From Pecten maximus (Eukaryota): a DNA stretch of 64,000 nt. Made by a program: the position numbers and the translations under genes. The stretch is taken from assembly GCF_902652985.1 (NCBI RefSeq), contig NC_047031.1, forward strand, positions 8,618,001 to 8,682,000, written 5' to 3'. This document shows positions 1 through 12,023 of this stretch, in pieces (the first letter of the stretch is position 1; the number at the start of each line of letters is the position of its first letter). The notes below the pieces were generated by a model. The model searched no databases, had not been told where the DNA came from, and saw only the letters and a program-made list of their open reading frames with translations.

Positions 1-720
1 CGCAAGTCGACGATAGCAGGAAACGCTTCAGGAATCACAGCACCAGAAAATATCTTGTAGATAAATGGACTGGCGAAGGTTGCATGGAAGCTACATATTG
101 GGTATTACAAAAACTTAATTTAATTAAGTGGCCATGGTCTATGACGTCGAAGAAACCAGATTAAAATAAGACTGTGTCACTTACAACCTCTTATAGAAAT
201 AAAATCTCAATCACTAACTAAAAGGACCAATAAAATGTAGCAAAGCACAAACAGGCCAAGGTATTCTATAACACTGTAAACACTTTTTATTGATATCAAC
301 GTCCGGTCAGCTGTTAAGGTACTTCATCATTTAAAGTAATGACAATATGGCCTAACAATCCGAACATGCATGTTATTGGAAATCTTGCTCGTTCACAAAA
401 TCATACATTAAGCATTAAAAGCCTCCAGGATCAACACCAATCATCAATGAACGATATCAAGATCACTGTCGAACTCGGAGCAAGTTGTCAGACCCGACCA
501 TAACCTACTGACAATTGTCTAGATCATCCTCGAACTAGTTTCCAGCATCAAGTCGTCTGACGATGGGAACATCATCAGAGACACAAAATATGCTGTTCCA
601 TCATGATTTCCAGGTTCTATTTACGATGGTTCCCTTACAGTAAACCTTAACAATACGTCCGTCTATTAGAAACGTTCTCGACCAAGGTGTTGAACTCCGT
701 CAGTGACATTGACTACTTTA
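1..720 (+). mobile_element. Decayed Crypton-like tyrosine-recombinase transposon, C-terminal remnant
   Basis: The frame starting at nt 3 reads QVDDSRKRFRNHSTRKYLVDK, resembling the K-x-x-N-H-S-x-R-K-x-L-V-x-K box of Crypton/DUF3504-type recombinases. Nt 607-720 read FPGSIYDGSLTVNLN..KRSR..VLNSVSD, similar to their low-complexity C-termini. Many stops and frameshifts. Recognised by eye only. Confidence 0.5.
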
Positions 721-2883
721 TACGCCATGACGTGAAGCTGACTTCATCGCTGCACAGATACCAGTGTTTGCGCATATAGTCCAGAATTTTATTTGCAATT
801 CAATGAATAAAAAAGACGGTTTTATGGTATAAAGACTTTCAAATGCCATTATTTTGTCAAACATACGTGTTGCTTATTAAATTAACTGGAAATTAATAAA
901 AGAAAAATTTGAAATATAAATTTTGAATACCAATTAGCTTCTTTTTTATATGGGTTATATCACTACGCTTATTTTGCAAATGTTATATGTGTAATCAAAT
1001 CACAAAAAAAAAAAACAATAAATTACAGGTACAAATTTAGACATTCATCTATGAGGCATAAAAAAGGAATCCAGGTACAACAATGATTTGATTACCACTT
1101 CCATATTTCTACTCACATTCCTAGATACCCCTCTCAACTATTATACAGAACACATTCATAGATATCCTTAACCACTGGTTTTAAGATTAACAAATTAATT
1201 GGCTGATAACAATAACAACAATGAATATTCTCAAATGACAAATAAATATATAGATAGCACACTAATTTAACACTGATAATAGTATTAATACTAAGCTCTA
1301 TCACAGATATTAAATTGCTGTATTGTAAGTTATAGTACATTTTTTTAGATTGGGTTGGGATTAAATAAAGTAACAAATAACGTGTAAAACATGTAAATAA
1401 CTTTCACTCATCTTGAACCATATGTATGAAATAATATGCTTTATGTTGAACACAAGTAAAAAATAAAGTGAAAAATATAAGTTCTATAGAGAACAGCCCC
1501 CTTTTTTTTCTTCGTTTTTTTTTTTTTTTTAAAGTCCAGAAATTAGGAGGTGGAGGAGATAACATTGAGTTATCTCCCCCTGATCTTATCTTATTTGTTT
1601 ATATTTCTTAGTAGCAGGATATTAGATATTATTTGGTTATAACCAAAAGCCATCAATCTAAATTCAAAGCATGTCAACATATTAAAATTAACATTTCAAA
1701 ATTGATTCAATTTTAATGTATTTTTCTCTTAAGAATTTCATCTCTGGTACCAATAGACGAATTAACCTACCAGCCTAAGACTTGCAGTCAGGCTCTGCAT
1801 ATTTTGATATCATATCCTATGGTTCTATCCTGTTCCAGAAAAGTTATATTTGAAAAATGTGAAAGATGCTATATAAACCCCGCAATCACTCTACATAACT
1901 CTGTTTACTCGCATACCTGAATTAAGTTCTGAAAAAAATATCGTCTGCAACTTCTCAACATCTAGCAGTATGAAATACGAGACTAAGCATACGTTAACAT
2001 ATTACATACGTGCTAGCTTTACATCTGCCATATAAAACACCATGGCTGCCCCCCTGTAGCGAGAACATGTGACTCGATACACTTAATACATGACGACTCA
2101 GGATATAAAGACTTCTAAGTTCTGCATCCATTTTCACCCCACATGTCAATTATCATTGTCATGTGGTAAATTTTATCATCGTGACCTAAATTTACAAAAA
2201 AACACAACATTTAAATATGAATTAGGATACATTTGATATTTGATTTTTCAAAACCTATTTACACATATTATGTTTGAAATAGTTCAAAATAATCTGATCC
2301 ATTTCTTTTATCTATTGCGAGTTTTGTTTTATTATAGCAATACAAACTTAATATGAACTTATCACATGTTTTGCATTTTTATATTTTTAAGAATATGTTC
2401 TCATTCACTATATTTTAAATATGCCTTATGCATCTACACTGTTAAAAAAATGGTCAATAACCATATTTTTACAAGTAACAAAATGCGTCGGACTGTAAAG
2501 AAGCATGTAACAGATAGGCTCTACAAAGGGTATCCATTGCAGAATACATTAATTTAACATATTCACGGTTAATGTAATGTAAAAACACTTTGCATATCAT
2601 ATTAACTTTTGAAAAATAGCAAATAACATTTAAGTTCAACATTATTTTCATATATCATATTTGATGTGATTCAGCCAATTTTATGGTAGTATTTCCAAAA
2701 TGCTTTGCATTTGACAATCATGTTTACTATAGACAAAGGAGAAAATACTGTTTATGTCTGTTTCTCCCAAGATTATATCTGTTTCGCCCTTGTCCATAAC
2801 TACATGTTAAAGTCAAATTTGATGGGAAATGTATACCTTGCGATATCTCGTCAACAAGTTAATACAGAGTTGATCGTTTTCCG

Positions 2884-3143
2884 TTATGCTGGTTGACGTT
2901 TCACTAGCATTCGTGTCGTCATCATGTGAGGGTATTTCACATCCGGGTAGAAGTTATCCCAGACAAGAGACTTAAAGTTATCACGGCCGTTAACATATAC
3001 TCCTCCGTTTAGATTGGCATCATAACAACTTTTATACCACCATCCGCCTTGATTAACTGAAGCACAGTTCTTGGTACGGCCTACATCATTGTCCCGGTCG
3101 TAAGTAGAGAAGGCCATCCCGTTATGTATATTCATACCATCAT
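2884..3143 (-). CDS. FReD copy 1, terminal exon
   Basis: FSTYDRDND and [15 protein letters not shown] motifs; acceptor AG at 3145-3144; stop at 2886-2884. Confidence 0.95.
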
Positions 3144-6100
3144 CTGTCGAGTATAAATATAACACACCGGGATTATGATTCGACAGATACTAAAGATTAT
3201 TCCTGCCACTTTTGTAGAAGAAAAAATAAACAAAAGACAATAAGACAAAAACAACAAATAACAACAAAAACACAAACAAACTAACAAAAATAACAAATAA
3301 CAAACAGCTTATTCGTGCAACTTTTGTAAAAATAATAATAAAAAAAGACAAAAACAAAAACGAAAACACAAACAAAAAACAAAACACAAAAAATAAACAA
3401 ACAAAAAAAAAATGATAAAAAAAAACAAAATAAAATGAAATTTAATGTCACGCCCGAACGATATAAAATAAATAACACGACCTGCATAAAAATGTCTTAC
3501 GAACGAGATTATAAAGTCGTACAAACAAAATTAAATGTCGTACTAACGAGATGAAAGTTCCTTTTTATATTTCCCCTAAGAAGTACAATGTAGCACGAAT
3601 AAGTTTTCGTTACCTTGAGATGCTGAATAAATAGAGGAATCTATAAAATGACGTATTTAGATGACGTCACCGTCTACCCATGAATCAGTGACATATCGAT
3701 CTTATATAGGTTACTTTAGGATCACTTTTTTGCGTGGTTGATGGAGAAGGAGATGCATGTATGTAAAAAGGAAGGTTGCTTAAGTGTAGATTCCATTATT
3801 TTATATCATCAGTGACATGGCCTTATATTAAACGCTCTCTATCTAAATAAATCAAATTAAACGAAGTATACATACACCGGACATCACCAGAGAATCCGGA
3901 TACAGTCAGTCTATAGTTGTCAGCCTCGTTTTCAACTTTGAATGTAGAATACTGCGCATGCCTGGCATCACCTAACCATGAGACCAATTCAATGCGGAGG
4001 ACGGAAGGTTTGAGGGTGATGTAGTGGATGGCGTCATTTCCTGTTAAACATTAAAAAAATCCGTGGTTTACGAATTACTGCTCAAATCAAATAATACTGA
4101 AGTTATTTGCCCGTACCATATATGATACGGTGAATTAAGGATTGTATTTCATAGGTGAATAACTGGGAAAGTGATATTGTGCAATTAACTTTAAATGATT
4201 GAGTTATTGTTATAGTATAATCACATTTAAATGATAAGGACAATGTTATAGTAAATTTGCACCCACATGATTGGCCCAATGTTATAGAACGAACAGACTT
4301 AAATTGTTTGACCAGTGTTGAAGAACGAACAGACTCAAATGATACAGTCAGTGTTATAGTACAATCACAATTGAATTATTAGGTCAGTGTTTTAGTACGA
4401 TAAGACTTTACTGTTGGGCCGATGTTATAGTACGTGGAACGTTATGTGGTAACACTATACAACCGTACCACGGACGTACCACTAACACTACAGTAACGTA
4501 ACACGGACGTACCACTAACACTACACTAGCGTACCACGGACGTACGTACCACTAACACTACAGTAACGTGCCACGGACGTACCACTAACACTACACTAGC
4601 GTACCACGGACGTACCACTAACACTACAGTAACGTACCACGGACGTACCACTAACACTATAGTAACGTACCACGGACGTACCATTAACACTACAGTAACG
4701 TACCACGGACGTACCACTAACACTACAGTAACGTACCACGGACGTACCACTAACACTATAGTAACTACCACGGACGTACCACTAACACTACAGTAACGTA
4801 CCACGGACGTACCACTAACACTACAGTAACGTACCACGGACGTACCACTAACACTACAGTAACGTACCACGGACGTACCACGGACGTACCACTAACACTA
4901 CAGTAACGTACCACGAACGTACCATTAACACTACAGTAACGTACCACGGACGTACCACCAACACTACAGTAACGTACCACGGACGTACCACTAACACTAC
5001 AGTAACTACCACGGACGTACCACTAACACTACAGTAACGTACCACGGACGTACCATTAACACTACAGTAACGTACCACGGACGTACCACTAACACTACAG
5101 TAACGTACCACGGACGTACCACTAACACTACAGTAACGTACCACGGACATACCACTAACACTACACTAGCGTACCAGGGGCGTACCGCTAACACTACACT
5201 AGCGTACCATGGGCGTACCACTACCACTACACTAACGTATAACGGGCACATAGCTAGCACTATATTAGCGTAAAACAGAAGGTAACAATCCAGCAAAAGA
5301 AACCCACACAAATAACTAAATATCCATTGTCTCTCGACTTACAAGCTAGTCAATGTAAGGGATTATATCCATGTGACCCAGATGGGTTTGGTTTGGTTTT
5401 ATTTATTTTCTCTACGGCCGGATGCTCGCAAGGATATTTGGTGTAGTAAGCCATGTGTTGTTTTAGGCTACGGTATGTCCTTGTCAGGGTGTAAAGTATG
5501 TCTATATATCCTAAATATTTACATGATATATTTCAATTGTTTCCTCAGCTATATGACCAGCAATATCATGTGGATACCTACCAAGCCAGAAATTGCCAAG
5601 AAGATTACCAAAACCATTCTTGTAGTCATTCCATGGCCTGAAGAATTCTTCCTCGCCATTTTGCCTGTTTTGTATCACCTGAAAAGAATCAATATACAAA
5701 TATAGATTAATAATCTTGTGTTTCGGTGGTCTACAATCCAAGTTAAATCAAGGGTCAGAGAGAAAGAGTGAGATGTTTTGAAAACATGGAATGTCCTAAT
5801 GCATATATCCATTGATGAATAGATCCATAGATTAACAGATCCATTGACTACATCGATTAATAGTTCCATACGGTAGTCGGAATTCTTTTTTCTAGGCGTT
5901 TTTGTATAAATGCCATTATTCATATTAAAACGGCGAATCGTGATCATACATCTTAATACTATCTTTTGGAAAATTAAACAAGCATCGATCTGGAATAATT
6001 AATCTGAGTTATTGCCATTATTTCTCCCTGAGGTAAACGTCGTCTGACTATTTGCTTGACGTTTAACATAAGAGTTCGTCAGAGTTTTAATTCTCTTTGA

Positions 6101-8043
6101 TTGGATCTGATCTGGTGACAGGTTCGGCGTCAAGATATGTTCTTTATGACTTTAAATGGATAATTTAGTCAAGTTGTATATTTTCATTTTGTTTCATGAT
6201 CGTCATAAACTAATTGATTTCGTACGTGTTCTTTTCTAAAATGCAAAATAACTAGACAACAGCTTTGTTGAATCAAACCATATGCATTATTTCGATTATT
6301 TTTCAACTACGAAAAAGAAACACACACACATGTTGGTTGACAAAATTGTCTGTTTCCGATTCTGATGACACCGTCTTTAATAGGCATAGCTGAGGTCGTG
6401 AAAAGCTCAATTTAAAATCAGGGGAGGTAACCTACCGTCCAGGGTCCGTTAGCCGTCTCCATGTCACAGTACACATCGAAGCTGACTCCTGGTGACGGTG
6501 TAATCCGGTAGACACCTGAGCAGAAGACATCTGGATCCATCTCATTACAATCGGAGGGGTTGGCAGGTGCTGTAACTGATAACTTAGATGATTTAGTTCA
6601 ATTCTGGTTGATGTATGTTAAGCATCACATTCAAATAAAAACACTTGGATTACCTGTATCACATTAAGTACATGTTTTTTAGACCTTCTGATTATAACGC
6701 TACGATCATTTCTGTAAGGTCAACATCCATTTAAATGTATGCAAGTTGCAATGACATTTCAGGATTAAGCAGATATTTTAAGAGTTATCTGCATTTTCCT
6801 ATGTGGCCAAGTATTTCCCTATGAGGCCTTGCAATTCCCTGTGTGGCATTGAATTTCCCTATGTAGCCACGTATTTTACCATGTGGTCCTGTATTTCTAT
6901 ATGTGATCCTTCATCTCCCTATATGGCAACGTATTTTGCTATGTAGCCACGTATTTCCCTATTCGGTCCCGAATGTCCCTATATGACCCTAAATGACCCT
7001 GTGTTTCCGTATGTGGCAATATATTTCCCTATGTGGCCATGTATTTCCCTAAGTGGCAATGTTATTCCCCTTTGTGGGTCTCTGCATTGTCACATGACTT
7101 ATGCTGTAGACAAGATCGGAGCTTAATTGTTCCAGGCCCTGAAATAGTAGCGTGTGAAGGAACAGCATAGCTCAGAGGGATAGACCGGAATCGTGTAACG
7201 TTTAACAACGAAAATTATTAATCTAAGACAATGCTGACTTGAATTGGGTTGACTTAATGATATTTTAAAGTGGTTATTCAGTGAAATGTCATAGTACAAG
7301 CTCAGTCTTTCAACATCTCTCTCGGTCAATTGTATTGCCACCGGCTAGGACAGTCGTATTTGATCGTGTATAACTTGAAAGCTGAGTGTCAGGCAGGGAT
7401 CAGAAAGTGTCATTATGACAATTTGTTAAGACATTTACTCATTCCAAGGAACACAGATTTCAACTAAAGGCCAAATGACAGTAGTTGCACAGTGGCTATC
7501 TTCGACTGAAAGTATAGACTTTCTTTTTGGCTCCGAAACTAAGACCTCCGGGTCAGGGATCGAAAAATATGCAATCGTATAATTAATTATGCAATTCTGA
7601 ATTAAAGTAGTATTCCTTTAAGACCTTCTATGCCATTTATGCTGACACATAACATAAAACGTTAACCTTCAAACGAGATACGCTTATTTAAATATTTCAT
7701 GTCTATTCCACACAATGAAAACATAAATATACATCATATTGACTTACTTTGGCCCTTTTTCCACTTTGACAAAGAGCATTACTGGCGTAATTGTTTCTGC
7801 AGTGTCATTTCTACAGAACCTCCTGGTAAATGTCCTGCATTCCTTGGTTTCAGGTTGATAAGTAAATGACACACAGTTAGATTTACACATTTTTGCGCAA
7901 TCTACATGGTGCGATACATTGCCGTAAGAAGAGAGGATGTCGTCTCTAGTTTCCGGAATAGAGGCTCGAAGTATTCGTGAAAATGAGGATGCCGAAAGTC
8001 CGGGAACATTTAGAAATAAAATTATCGTAATCATTAAATCCAT
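2884..8043 (-). CDS. Secreted PAN/apple + fibrinogen-related domain protein (FReD, ficolin/FIBCD-like), copy 1; 5 coding exons
   Basis: Exons with GT-AG boundaries: 8043-7748 (signal [18 protein letters not shown] + PAN CAKMC..CVSFTY..C), 6569-6436 (SDC..SGVYRI..FDVYCDM..GPWT), 5678-5582 ([22 protein letters not shown]), 4040-3876 ([32 protein letters not shown]), 3143-2884 ([27 protein letters not shown]). The phase of the first junction is off by 1 nt. Confidence 0.93.
3200..3435. repeat. A-rich low-complexity (AAAC/AAC) tract
   Basis: Direct inspection; it explains the F/L/V-rich antisense ORFs. Confidence 0.8.
3876..4040 (-). CDS. FReD copy 1, internal exon (absent from the ORF track)
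   Basis: 165 nt, phase 1-1, reads [55 protein letters not shown]. Confidence 0.93.
4463..5240. repeat. 33-bp minisatellite (ACGTACCACGGACGTACCACTAACACTACAGTA), about 23 copies, intronic
   Basis: Near-identical tandem units, each containing ACGTACCAC twice. Confidence 0.97.
5582..5678 (-). CDS. FReD copy 1, 97-nt exon
   Basis: Reads [33 protein letters not shown]; boundaries tttcag / gtaggt. Confidence 0.95.
6436..6569 (-). CDS. FReD copy 1, first FReD exon
   Basis: Reads [44 protein letters not shown]; boundaries ttacag / gtaggt. Confidence 0.93.
6795..7075. repeat. Degenerate ~20-bp tandem repeat (ATTTCCCTATGTGGCCACGT)
   Basis: About 13 diverged copies in an intron. Confidence 0.8.
7748..8043 (-). 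CDS. FReD copy 1, signal peptide + PAN/apple exon
   Basis: Hydrophobic N-terminus and PAN cysteine pattern; donor gtaagt at 7747. Confidence 0.85.
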
Positions 8044-8159
8044 GATTGACACATCTATTGCGAAAAAGAACCTAACATTCACAAGTTTCTTTCCGATAAA
8101 TATGATATTTAAGAATTCAGTGATCAAAATAAATGATTTGCTTTCTCCTGTTACTGTAT

Positions 8160-8510
8160 GTTATTCTTGACAAACAGCCATACTGCTGTATGGTTTTCTC
8201 TTCTCGTCATAAACCTAGACGGCCAAATGATTTTCCCCTCTAGTCACCAACCTGGATGGCCAAATGATTTTCTTCTCCTGTCACAAACCTACACTGCCGT
8301 ATGGTTTTCTTCTCTTGTCACAAACTTAGGCGGCAAAATAATGTTCTCCTTTTGTAACAAACTTACAATGCCTGATTATTTTCTCCTCTCGTCACAAACC
8401 TACACCGCCGTATGATTTTCTCATCTTGTCACAAACCTACACTGCGTATGATTTTCTCCTCTTGTCACAAACCTACAACGCCTTATGATTTTCTCCTTCC
8501 GTGCCAAAAT
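8160..8510. repeat. ~37-bp tandem repeat (TTTTCTCCTCTTGTCACAAACCTACACTGCCGTATGA)
   Basis: About 9 diverged copies. Confidence 0.85.
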
Positions 8511-11500
8511 CAACACCTTTGTTTGGTTTGCACCTCTCGTCAGTAATCAATACTACTTGCTGATTGGTTGTGCCTCTACATAAATATTCTACTAATCGAG
8601 GTTCTCTACCATCAATTTAATATAAGATATATTTATGACGCATAGCTGGCGGTAGCATCATTAAAGGTAATCCCAAGGGAAATGATACGTGTTGCGAAAA
8701 AAAAGATCAGGGTCAAAAGGTTCAATAGACATTTTATTACCTGTGTGTTATTGTGTGGGGTGGAGGGGGGATTATTGTTTTTTTTTTTTTTTTTTTTTTT
8801 GTTGTTGTTTTTTTCTAGTTTGCAAAACCAGGTTCGAGCTGGATGGGTAACTCAAGCATGTAACGGCCGGGAGCGGCACAAGCGTGCTGTATATGTAAAT
8901 TTGTGTATTTGTACTTTAAGTTGTGTGAAGACACTTTAGTTGACCTTTATATATGTTTTTGTGTACAACCAATTATTCTGAGATATCAAAAGATGAGGCG
9001 TGTGGATTAAGATACTAAAGATCCCCTTTGCTTCACACTAATAGGGTTAAATATTCTATTAAACTTTAATCCCCTATTGATTGAGTTGCCAAATACGAGA
9101 CTTTCTGAGGGCTTTTCGCAGCTAAAGAATCTTACCCCGAAGGTTGAAGACATTGAGATATGCAAACTATTGAAATGAATAGTTCGTTATGCTACTATTG
9201 TGTCAAATAGATTGAATTGTGTTCAAAATATAGTCGACGACTTAACATTTTCGTGTTCTTCTTTAGTTTATAGTAATTGACAAACACGAAACCTACAGTG
9301 ACAAAGAAAGAACTAGAACAGTCTTAAATTTCACGGTTATATAATGTACACGTGATCTGTTATTTGATTAGCCCAATTGTTGTTGTAGTTCCGCGATAAC
9401 ATAAACGAAATTGAAAGTTAATCCTTAATTTTTTACAGTAACTACGGGATTTTTTTAGGAAACACACTTTCGTTTGTTTCATTTTTGTTTTCGTTTTTTT
9501 TTTTTCGGTTTTTTTTTTTTTTTTTTTGCTTTTTGTTTTTTTAGTTCTTTTCCATCCATCAGTTAAAAGAATTGTCTCCCTTTTGATCCACCATTGTAGT
9601 AAAATATAATAAAACATTCCTCTATATAGCTTACTTACTACTGAGCTGTCAAGTGCTCTTTCAGTGCCACTGAATTACATCAAACGTGAGTTTGTTGTGA
9701 TGCTGGTAACACATGGATAGTTTTTTAAGTATATTATAATATAATATAGTACCTGATATATTTTAGATGTGAGTAGGTTTTGAGCAAGGTCTGAAATATA
9801 GACATAAACGATATATCCATGGACCTATGCATAATACATTAACGATAGCCAGTAAAAATAACTACTACAAGCTGAAACTATACAAAGATACTTCGATCGT
9901 GTTTATTTTCCTCTTATCGCGTTTCAATTATATAAACTACAAACCATCGTTGAAAAACTATATCTTTGACCTATAAAAGTTTTATATTCTGGATGGTATG
10001 TTTGTAGAGAGGAAGAGGAAGTTCAATGTAGTGTATGTCTTCGGGTTTATTCAAATGTGGGTCTTTCCAGTATAGACCCAGCGATCCGAAAAAAACAGTA
10101 TACATTTATACAGTCTTAAATAGTCCTGCATTTACATTCTGTGTTACATTTACCTATATGTCGTTAGTAAACCAAATTGTGTTCATGAGACTATTTTCTA
10201 CGATTTACAGTGATTCGTTCGGTGTAGGAATACAGCTCCAGGTGTTGTAGATAACAATAATGGCCGCCATTTGCTTTCGGCCAAGAGAGCTTTCGAATGC
10301 TAGCATTAATTTATATTTACATTTGTATGCATACAGGCCACCACAAAAAATAAAGCAACCTCACAAGTTATCAGAGTAAAATTTAATAATAATAAATTGC
10401 AGTCAACACATAATTATTATAAGCGCCATTCTTGGTCTATACAAAATATCAAATTATCAGTGTTGTCACACTCACAGGGGCTTGTTTTTGGATTTTCAGT
10501 AACTGAGGACGAGACAACATTAACCGTCCAGCAGTTTTACAAAATCTTGTGAAAAATATGAAGAATCGACATGGTTTTTAGTTGTGTATGTGTACTGGAT
10601 TTTGGTTTTGTGGTTGTTCCTTGATTTCAAAGGCCTACAATACTCCAAAATCGAGCCCCTGTGAAGTTGAGCATCGTCTGGTAAGTTAAGCCTAGCAACA
10701 CTGATGTGACCGGTTTTTGCACAAACCATTTTATGTCTTTATCTATTACAAATAGGGTTTTACAATGATGCCTTTGCTATCGCTCTATAATTGTGACGTC
10801 ATAAGTGTACAACAGGGTGCAATTTTGTATTGACAACTGAGACTAAGAAAACGAGTGTCGGACATGCGAGCTCGATAATATCCAAGTTATTTCGTGCGAT
10901 ATCGCCGTATTTCATAATTAACCCTCATTTTCAATTAATAAGAAAATGCTTGATTATTGGTTTGATGGCCAGGAAGATTTATCTATACATAGATCGCAAA
11001 AGGTACATGACTTTCTATTGAGCGAGCTATGTGTTATAAATACATGATAAAATGCTTGCAAACAACAATAGACAAATGACTATCATCTATGTATCTCTTT
11101 CAGATTTTATATAAAAATACAGTTCCAGATCCCATATCGTTGGCGTAATCTCGAGAAACGATAAGAAGTTATATGTTGCAGTCTAATATCTCTTAGACAT
11201 AGACGCCATCTTGTAAGATTTATCGTCACCGAGTTTATACAACAGTGTTTTTTTTCAGTATTTAAACATTTTCGGTGAAACAGGATGATTTCAACCAGAG
11301 AGGAAATGCTTAAGTTGGGAAACGCAAGGCTTGCTCTTTTTACTCTCGTATGTATCTTAAATTGAAGTTATACATTGTATCAATGCAAAGACATTGTTGA
11401 CTTGTGATGTAATTGTCGAAATGACGTCATTGTATTGTTTCCGCAATGTCAACTAATTCTTGAGAACGTGCAACGAGCACGCCTGTCTTTTCTCATTCCT

Positions 11501-11769
11501 AGGGTGAGAAAAGTAAATCAAACTGTGCATATCCCTCTCCGAGGTAAGTGAAAAGCATTTCCCTTTGAATATACGAGTTCTATAAAGGTATTATTGGTTT
11601 CTCAATAAAAATCATTCACGCATTGGTGTCAACACATGAAAACAGGAATCAGGAAGAAAATGTCCGCGATGTCCAGTGATTTATTTCTTTTCCGCTAACA
11701 CTCTAGGCAACATATATATATATAATATGTAACGCTGTCTGTGAAGATGGAAGTACCTTAGAAACTTCC

Positions 11770-12023
11770 TCATTGCTTCTTCAACATCATCCTTGATTTC
11801 TTCATTGGAGCCAAAGTATCTTTGCCGTAAAAATTCCGCCAGAACACCGACTGTTTAAGGTTAGAAGAGTCATACTCGTATATTCCATTTAGATTCGCGT
11901 GAGTGCACATTCTATGCCACCAGGGCCCTCGTCGTTGTTCAGCGCAGTTATGATTGTCTAATATGTCGTTGTCCCTTCCTGCAGTGGAAAACTTCTGACC
12001 ATTGTTCTTTCTCATGGCGTCAC
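11770..12023 (-). CDS. FReD copy 2, terminal exon
   Basis: FSTAGRDND and [15 protein letters not shown] motifs. Confidence 0.95.

Noticed and set aside
4526-5311. ORFs with [11 protein letters not shown] or [11 protein letters not shown] repeats
   Set aside because: Translations of the 33-bp intronic minisatellite; the unit is divisible by 3.
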